Assembly: GCA_947625215.1 (NCBI GenBank)
Contig: CANQNL010000002.1
Coordinates: forward strand, 4,297 to 68,296
Direction: 5' to 3'
Source of the DNA: an uncultured Bacilli bacterium
Lineage (GTDB): Bacteria; Bacillota_I; Bacilli_A; RF39; UBA660
DNA: 64,000 bases
Below, piece after piece: positions 58,151 through 64,000 of the stretch. The notes under the pieces are model-generated. The model did no database searches. It saw only the letters and a list, made by a program, of their open reading frames with translations, and was not told where the DNA came from. The position numbers and the translations under genes were made by a program. Positions within the stretch are counted from its first letter, which is position 1; every line of letters begins with the position of its first letter.

Positions 58151-58286
58151 TTTCCCACATCTTTTTAACAGGTGGTATTTCCTAATTTTGAGCTTATAAA
58201 TTAACATATTTTTTAGGTTATCCACACAATTCACATCTATAATAAAAATATAATTATAAATAATATAATAAAAGGAGATAAAGAAA
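58151..58286. promoter_or_regulatory. oriC downstream part: a DnaA box plus an AT-rich stretch that is a candidate unwinding element
   Basis: A perfect TTATCCACA lies at 58218..58226 and a degenerate TTTCCCACA at 58151..58159. These are followed by about 55 bp that is almost pure A/T before the dnaN RBS. Confidence 0.6.
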
Positions 58287-59408
58287 ATGAAATTAGAAAT
58301 AAAACAAGAAATTTTACTTGAACATTTAAACTATGTAATAAAAGGAATATCTACTAAAAATTTAAGACCTATTTTAAACTGTATTAAATTTGAACTTACT
58401 GATGAAGGTTTATATTTAATGAGTACTGATAATGAAATTGCTATTAAAACCTTTATTTATAAAAGTGAAATTGAAAAAATAGAAGCAAATGGAGAAATTG
58501 TTGTATCTGGAAGATATATATATGAAATCGTAAGAAAATTACCTGATGAAATAATTAATATTGAAGAAGTTATTGATTCCAAAATTTTTATTACAACTAA
58601 AAATTCATCATTTAATTTAAATTGTAGTGATGTTTCTGAATTTCCAGATTTAGAACTAGAATATCGAAAAGAACCTATTATTTTAAATCAAAAAGTATTT
58701 AAAACAATTATAAATCAAACAGCTTTTGCTACTTCAGTAGGGGAATCAAGACCAGTTTTAACTGGAATAAATTTTAAAATAGAAGGAAATAAAATGGAAT
58801 GCACCGCTACTGATTCATATCGTTTAGCTATAAAGAAAATAGAGTTATTAACTAAAGCCGAAGAAAGTAGTAATATTATAATTCCAACCAAAAATCTAAA
58901 TGAATTAGTTAAATTAATGCAGGATGATGAGGATAATATTGAACTTCATATTTTTAACAATAAAATAATTTTTAGATTTGGATCACTTACAATGATGAGC
59001 CGTTTAATAAGTGGAACATATCCTGATACTTCTAAATTAATTCCTGAAGAGTTTACTTTAAAAATAAAAGTGAGTTTAATGGATTTCTTTAGTGCGATTG
59101 ATAGAGCTTCATTATTAACCAATGAAAGTGATAAAAATACAATTAAACTTGCCAGTAAAGAAAATACAGTCTTTATTTCTTCTAATATTCCAGAAATAGG
59201 AAATGTTGAAGAAAAAATAACAGTGGAAAAAGATAATGATGAAGAAATTAAAATTGCTTTTAATTCAAAATTTATGTTAGAAGCAGTTAGAGTATTAGAA
59301 TCAACAGATATTGAACTTTTATTTAATGGAGAATTTAAACCAATTATTCTAAAAAATCCTGAAAGTGATGACTTAATTCAATTAATTTTACCAATTAGAA
59401 CTTATTAA
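58287..59408 (+). CDS. dnaN: DNA polymerase III beta sliding clamp
   Basis: 373 aa. Position and overall pattern fit (MKLEIKQEILLEHLNYV, a C-terminus ending LPIRTY). Confidence 0.95.
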   Translation: MKLEIKQEILLEHLNYVIKGISTKNLRPILNCIKFELTDEGLYLMSTDNEIAIKTFIYKSEIEKIEANGEIVVSGRYIYEIVRKLPDEIINIEEVIDSKIFITTKNSSFNLNCSDVSEFPDLELEYRKEPIILNQKVFKTIINQTAFATSVGESRPVLTGINFKIEGNKMECTATDSYRLAIKKIELLTKAEESSNIIIPTKNLNELVKLMQDDEDNIELHIFNNKIIFRFGSLTMMSRLISGTYPDTSKLIPEEFTLKIKVSLMDFFSAIDRASLLTNESDKNTIKLASKENTVFISSNIPEIGNVEEKITVEKDNDEEIKIAFNSKFMLEAVRVLESTDIELLFNGEFKPIILKNPESDDLIQLILPIRTY

Positions 59409-59514
59409 AAGTTCTTTTTTTTAGTTTTTTGACAATAGTTGATAATTTCTGACAATAAAAAAGAGTATAAGAGTACTATCGAATTTTTAATTCGGCAAAT
59501 TTAGGGGGGATAAT

Positions 59515-59961
59515 ATGTTAGAATATGAAATTACGAGTAATACTTGCGCATTAATAGGAATTAGTGAAAATGAAACTGAGGTAATTGAAAAAGATAAACG
59601 TTTTGTTATTCCTAAAAAATTAAATAAAGTCCTTAACGATAGCTGTCAATTTTATGGAAGTACTTTAGAAGGAAGAATAAAAGGAAGTCAGAGACAACTT
59701 GGAATGAAATATAAATTACCGATTATGGTGGAAAGTAGTAAAGAATTAATATTTTTTCCCACAATTTCACCAAGATTAACTTATTGTTCTTGGATTTCCC
59801 TTAAAAATATTAAAAGTTATAGAGATACACCATTAGGTTTAGTTATTGAATTTGAACATAACAACACAATTACCATTTCATTATCATTAGAATCTTTTGA
59901 AATGCAAATATTTAGAGCTACCAAATTAATGTTAATTGCAAGAAATCGTAGAAATAATTAA
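59515..59961 (+). CDS. ComK-family protein (short form)
   Basis: 148 aa. YEITSNTCALI...SCQFYGSTLEGRIKGSQRQLGMKYKLPIMVES...IFFPTISPRLTYCSWISLKNI follows the conserved ComK blocks (C..GSS.EGR, K.PI, FFPT.SP...C.WI). Confidence 0.65.
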   Translation: MLEYEITSNTCALIGISENETEVIEKDKRFVIPKKLNKVLNDSCQFYGSTLEGRIKGSQRQLGMKYKLPIMVESSKELIFFPTISPRLTYCSWISLKNIKSYRDTPLGLVIEFEHNNTITISLSLESFEMQIFRATKLMLIARNRRNN

Positions 59962-59965
59962 AAAT

Positions 59966-59988
59966 AGGCTAAAAAAAGCCTGTTTTTT
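59966..59988 (+). terminator. Terminator after the ComK-like gene
   Basis: Stem AGGCT / AGCCT followed by GTTTTTT. The stem is short. Confidence 0.45.
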
Positions 59989-60003
59989 GATTTTTTCACC
60001 CCA

Positions 60004-60017
60004 TTTTATGGTATAAT
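60004..60017 (+). promoter_or_regulatory. Extended -10 promoter TTTTATGGTATAAT upstream of recF
   Basis: TGGTATAAT lies 75 nt upstream of ATG 60092. It is the same 14-mer as in the invertible cassette. Confidence 0.5.
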
Positions 60018-60091
60018 GTAAGTGGTGTATAGGAGTACTATTAAGGTGAATTTTTTTGAAAATAACCTAAAAAAAGCGAAAAGAGGAATTT

Positions 60092-61204
60092 ATGATACTA
60101 AAAGATATAGAAATCAGAAATTTTCGAAATTATGAACATCTAAAACTTAGTCTCGATAAAAATATAAATATTATCTATGGTAAGAATGGTGGAGGAAAGA
60201 CTAATATCTTAGAAAGTATATATGTTTTAGCATTAACAAAATCTCATCGAGCGCTTAATAATATTGATTTAATTATGAAATCAAAAGAAAAAGCTTTAAT
60301 AAAAGGTACTATACATAATGATATTTCTTATAATCTTGAGTTAGAACTCACAAAAAGTAAAAAACAAGTGAAAATCGATAATGATTTAATTTTAAAAAAA
60401 GGTGAATATATAAGTATGATGAATATCATTATTTTTTATTCTGAAGATTTAGAATTAATTAGAGGTTTTCCAAGTAATCGACGAAAATATTTGAATTTAG
60501 AATTAAGTCAAATTTCTAAGAACTATTATAATACTTTAAATGATTATAATAAGCTATTAAAAACCAGAAATGATTATTTAAGAAAAATAGCTAATAAAGA
60601 AATTATCGATATGAGTTATTTTGATATTTTAACAGAATATTTAGTTGAAAAAAGTGTCTTTATTTATCAAATGCGCGATAAATATATTGAAAAGCTTAAT
60701 GAAATTTGTCCGAAAATATATAAAGATATTACTAAGGCTAACAATTTTAAAATTCAATATAACCCATCAACTGATTTAAAAGATAAATCAAAGGAAATGA
60801 TAAGAGAAGAATTAAAAAAAGTTTTGACGGATAATTATGAAAAAGAAGTTAAATTAAAAACAACCCTATATGGTCCCCACCGTGATGATTTTGAGTTTAT
60901 TTTAAACAATGAAAATTTAAAAAATTATGGGTCTCAAGGTCAACAAAGAATCGCAGTCTTATCACTTAAATTATCTGAAATACAAATTTTCAAAGATTAT
61001 AAGAAAAATAATCCAATTATTTTATTAGATGATGTTTTTAGTGAACTTGATATTGATAAAAAAAATAATTTATTAAAATACATCGATAACGATATGCAGG
61101 TAATTATTACTACTACTGATTTAGATAATATTGACTCGAAACTAAAAGCAAAGGCTAAACTTATAAAAGTTCATAAAGGAAAAGTAATGGAAGAGGTGAA
61201 ATAA
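60092..61204 (+). CDS. recF: DNA replication and repair protein RecF
   Basis: 370 aa with Walker [10 protein letters not shown], the SMC signature GSQGQQR and Walker [12 protein letters not shown]. Confidence 0.95.
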   Translation: MILKDIEIRNFRNYEHLKLSLDKNINIIYGKNGGGKTNILESIYVLALTKSHRALNNIDLIMKSKEKALIKGTIHNDISYNLELELTKSKKQVKIDNDLILKKGEYISMMNIIIFYSEDLELIRGFPSNRRKYLNLELSQISKNYYNTLNDYNKLLKTRNDYLRKIANKEIIDMSYFDILTEYLVEKSVFIYQMRDKYIEKLNEICPKIYKDITKANNFKIQYNPSTDLKDKSKEMIREELKKVLTDNYEKEVKLKTTLYGPHRDDFEFILNNENLKNYGSQGQQRIAVLSLKLSEIQIFKDYKKNNPIILLDDVFSELDIDKKNNLLKYIDNDMQVIITTTDLDNIDSKLKAKAKLIKVHKGKVMEEVK

Positions 61205-63129
61205 TGGCAGAAAATAATGAACATTATAGTGAATCAGATATTCAGGTTTTAGAAGGCTTAGAAGCTGTTAGAAAAAGGCCTGGAATGTATATTGGAACAA
61301 CTGATGTTAAAGGACTTCATCATTTGGTATGGGAAATTGTCGATAATGCGATTGATGAAGCTTTAGCTGGTTATTGTGATAATATTGAAATAATTATTAA
61401 TAAGGATAATTCTATTACGGTAAAAGATAACGGTCGTGGTATTCCTGTAGGAATTCACCCTAAAACTGGATTATCTACGGTAGAAACGGTTTATACAGTT
61501 CTTCACGCTGGTGGTAAATTTGGTGGCGGCGGATACAAAGTATCAGGTGGTCTTCACGGTGTTGGAGCTTCAGTAGTTAATGCTTTATCAAAAAGTGTTA
61601 CCGTAACTGTATATAAAGAAGGTAAAATTCACGAAGCTAAATTTGCTGATGGCGGAAAATGTATTCAAAAATTAACAGTAATAGGTGAATGTTCACCTGA
61701 AAGAACTGGAACAACAGTAACTTTTAAACCAGATCCTGATATTTTTGATACTGATATTTACGATTATAATACCTTAATGGTTAGAACTAGAGAGTTAGCG
61801 TTCTTAAATAAAGGTCTAAGACTTACTTTAAGAGACGATCGTGATGAAGAAGATACCACAGGTGAAACATTCCATTATGAAGGTGGTATTAGTGAATATG
61901 TTAAATATTTAAACCAAAATAAAACCCCAATTCAAAATGAAATTATTCATTTAGAGGGAGAAGAAGATGATATTGTTTTTGAAGTAGCCTTACAATATAA
62001 TTCAGGATATAACGAAAGTATTTATTCATTTGTTAATAATATTAATACCCACGATGGTGGTACTCACGAAGAAGGAGTAAAAAGAGCTTTAACAAGAATT
62101 TTGAATAATTACGCTAGAAAAGCCAATATTTTGAAAGAAAAAGATGATTCTTTAAGTGGAGAGGATGTTAAAGAAGGTTTAACAATGATTGTTTCCTGCA
62201 AACACCCAAATCCACAATTTGAAGGCCAAACTAAGGGACGTCTTGGAAACTCTGAAGTTCGTAAAATTGCTGATAATGTTTTTGCTGAAGGCTTTGAAAG
62301 ATATTTAATGGAACATCCTGATGAAGCTAAAATAATTATCGAAAAAAATATGACAGCTGCTCGTGCTAGAGTAGCCGCTAAAAGAGCTCGTGAGCTTACA
62401 AGAAGAAAAAGTGACTTAGATGTTGTAAATTTTGGTGGAAAACTAGTCGATTGTAAAGATAAAGACCCAATAAATAGTGAAATATTTATAGTCGAGGGTG
62501 ATTCAGCAGGTGGTTCAGCAATTAAAGGAAGAAATTCAATGACCCAGGCTATTTTACCACTAAGAGGAAAAATCTTGAATGTCGAAAAAGCGCGAATAGA
62601 TAAGGCTTTGTCAAACGAAGAAATAAGAACTATTATAACCGCTTTTGGCACAGGTATAGGACAGGATTTTGATTTAAATAAACTACGATATCACAAAATA
62701 ATAATTATGACCGATGCCGATGTTGATGGTGCTCATATCCGTGTTTTATTATTAACATTATTTTACCGCTTCTTTAGGCCTATTGTCGAGGCTGGATATG
62801 TCTATGCAGCTCAGCCACCATTATTCTGTATTAAGCACGGCAAAACGATTAAATATGTTTTAAATGAAGAAGAAAGAGATGCTTATTTATCAACCCTTAA
62901 TCCAAATACTAAATATGATATATTACGTATGAAAGGTTTAGGTGAGATGGATCCTGAAGAATTAAATGAAACAACAATGGATATTAATACAAGAGTCCTT
63001 AGAAAAATAACTGTAGATGATGCTATTGCGGCCGATGAAGCATTCTCAATGCTTATGGGTGAGGAAGTAGAGCCAAGAAGAAAATTTATTGAAGAGAATG
63101 CGCCTTATGCGCAAAATCTAGATATTTAG
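61204..63129 (+). CDS. gyrB: DNA gyrase subunit B
   Basis: 641 aa with [14 protein letters not shown], the GHKL ATPase fold, Toprim EGDSAGG and [12 protein letters not shown]. Confidence 0.97.
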   Translation: MAENNEHYSESDIQVLEGLEAVRKRPGMYIGTTDVKGLHHLVWEIVDNAIDEALAGYCDNIEIIINKDNSITVKDNGRGIPVGIHPKTGLSTVETVYTVLHAGGKFGGGGYKVSGGLHGVGASVVNALSKSVTVTVYKEGKIHEAKFADGGKCIQKLTVIGECSPERTGTTVTFKPDPDIFDTDIYDYNTLMVRTRELAFLNKGLRLTLRDDRDEEDTTGETFHYEGGISEYVKYLNQNKTPIQNEIIHLEGEEDDIVFEVALQYNSGYNESIYSFVNNINTHDGGTHEEGVKRALTRILNNYARKANILKEKDDSLSGEDVKEGLTMIVSCKHPNPQFEGQTKGRLGNSEVRKIADNVFAEGFERYLMEHPDEAKIIIEKNMTAARARVAAKRARELTRRKSDLDVVNFGGKLVDCKDKDPINSEIFIVEGDSAGGSAIKGRNSMTQAILPLRGKILNVEKARIDKALSNEEIRTIITAFGTGIGQDFDLNKLRYHKIIIMTDADVDGAHIRVLLLTLFYRFFRPIVEAGYVYAAQPPLFCIKHGKTIKYVLNEEERDAYLSTLNPNTKYDILRMKGLGEMDPEELNETTMDINTRVLRKITVDDAIAADEAFSMLMGEEVEPRRKFIEENAPYAQNLDI

Positions 63130-63139
63130 GAGGTGCGAT

Positions 63140-64000
63140 ATGGATGATAAGATAAAAGATAAACTAGAAGAAAATAATATTGTCGATGAAATAAAATCAT
63201 CATTTATTGATTATTCATTAAGTGTCATCGTTTCTCGTGCCCTTCCTGATTTAAGAGATGGATTAAAACCCGTTCATCGTCGTATCTTATATTCAATGTA
63301 TGAATCTGGTTATACGCCTGATAAACCACATAAAAAGAGTGCTCGTATTGTCGGAGATGTAATGGGTAAATATCACCCACACGGAGATTCTAGTATTTAT
63401 GATGCAATGGTAAGAATGGCGCAAGATTTCAACTACCGACATATGCTAGTAGATGGCCACGGAAACTTTGGTAATATTGAAGGTTATAGTGCCGCTGCAA
63501 TGCGTTATACAGAATCAAGATTATCAAAAATATCACTAGAACTATTGCGTGATATAAATAAAGATACTGTAGATTTTGATCCAAATTTTGATGAATCAGA
63601 AAAAGAACCATCAGTTTTACCTTCAAGATTTCCAAATATTTTAGTAAATGGAACAATGGGTATAGCAGTTGGTATGGCAACCAATATTCCACCACATAAT
63701 CTTGGTGAAGTAGTAGATGGTTGTGTTGCTTATATTGATAATCCTGATATTGATACTTTGGGATTAATGGAATATATTAAAGGACCTGATTTTCCTACTG
63801 GAGCTATTATTTTAGGAAATAGTGGCATCAAAAAAGCTTATGAAACAGGAAAAGGTACCATTACAATTCGTAGTAGAGCTCGTATTGAAGAAAATAATGG
63901 TAAAAATCAAATTATTATTGATGAAGTACCTTATGGTATAAATACTTCAGAACTTAAAAATAAAGTCGCTGATTTGGTTCACAGTAAAGTAATAGATGGT
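63140..64000 (+). CDS. gyrA: DNA gyrase subunit A (N-terminal 287 codons; continues past the right edge)
   Basis: My own translation from ATG 63140 (RBS AGGAGGTG upstream) gives [15 protein letters not shown]...[21 protein letters not shown]...[22 protein letters not shown]...[12 protein letters not shown], which includes the active-site Tyr region. Confidence 0.95.
   Translation, partial: MDDKIKDKLEENNIVDEIKSSFIDYSLSVIVSRALPDLRDGLKPVHRRILYSMYESGYTPDKPHKKSARIVGDVMGKYHPHGDSSIYDAMVRMAQDFNYRHMLVDGHGNFGNIEGYSAAAMRYTESRLSKISLELLRDINKDTVDFDPNFDESEKEPSVLPSRFPNILVNGTMGIAVGMATNIPPHNLGEVVDGCVAYIDNPDIDTLGLMEYIKGPDFPTGAIILGNSGIKKAYETGKGTITIRSRARIEENNGKNQIIIDEVPYGINTSELKNKVADLVHSKVIDG

Noticed and set aside
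1-64000. rRNA, tRNA, tmRNA, CRISPR arrays or IS elements anywhere in the window.
   Set aside because: None of the intergenic regions longer than about 100 bp shows cloverleaf-like GC-rich stems, regularly spaced repeats or transposase-like ORFs. This was done by eye, so a tRNAscan/Infernal run would be needed for certainty.

Overview
This is a very AT-rich, low-GC Firmicutes-type chromosomal window spanning the replication origin (GC judged by eye, not computed). It has three parts. (1) Positions 1-12.8 kb hold housekeeping genes on the minus strand: dnaB (partial), rplI, a short DHH/DHHA1 phosphoesterase, PP2C phosphatase, whiA, yvcK, trxB, lgt, a YvlD-like membrane protein and uvrB. This block is interrupted by a plus-strand orphan AbiD/F-like (Abi_2) gene and a 1.1-kb almost gene-free AT-rich spacer. 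(2) Positions 12.8-47.9 kb hold a roughly 33-kb surface-glycan region made of two divergently transcribed Wzx/Wzy-type operons: 16 genes leftward and 10 genes rightward. Their gene sets run in parallel (GTs, pyruvyl transferase, Wzy, MenD-like ThDP enzyme, Wzx, GT-C enzymes). The operons are separated by a 1.2-kb cassette at 32455..33655, consisting of a tyrosine recombinase gene and an outward extended -10 promoter enclosed by 39-bp perfect inverted repeats. The whole region is bracketed by 382-bp inverted vanZ copies that match at 381/382 positions, and is followed by an LCP ligase gene. I read the cassette as a recombinase-in-cis invertible promoter that could toggle expression between the two glycan operons. 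This is the most interesting candidate system in the window, and it is inference from sequence architecture only. (3) Positions 47.9-64 kb hold the origin region: a ParB/Noc-like gene with a long P/Q-rich repeat-containing tail and no parA, then rsmG, mnmG, a zinc-ribbon membrane protein, mnmE, jag, yidC, rnpA, rpmH, an oriC DnaA-box cluster, dnaA, dnaN, a ComK-like gene in the usual yaaA slot, recF, gyrB and gyrA (partial). I saw no rRNA, tRNA, CRISPR array or transposase. All family assignments come from reading the translated ORFs for motifs. No database search was run.
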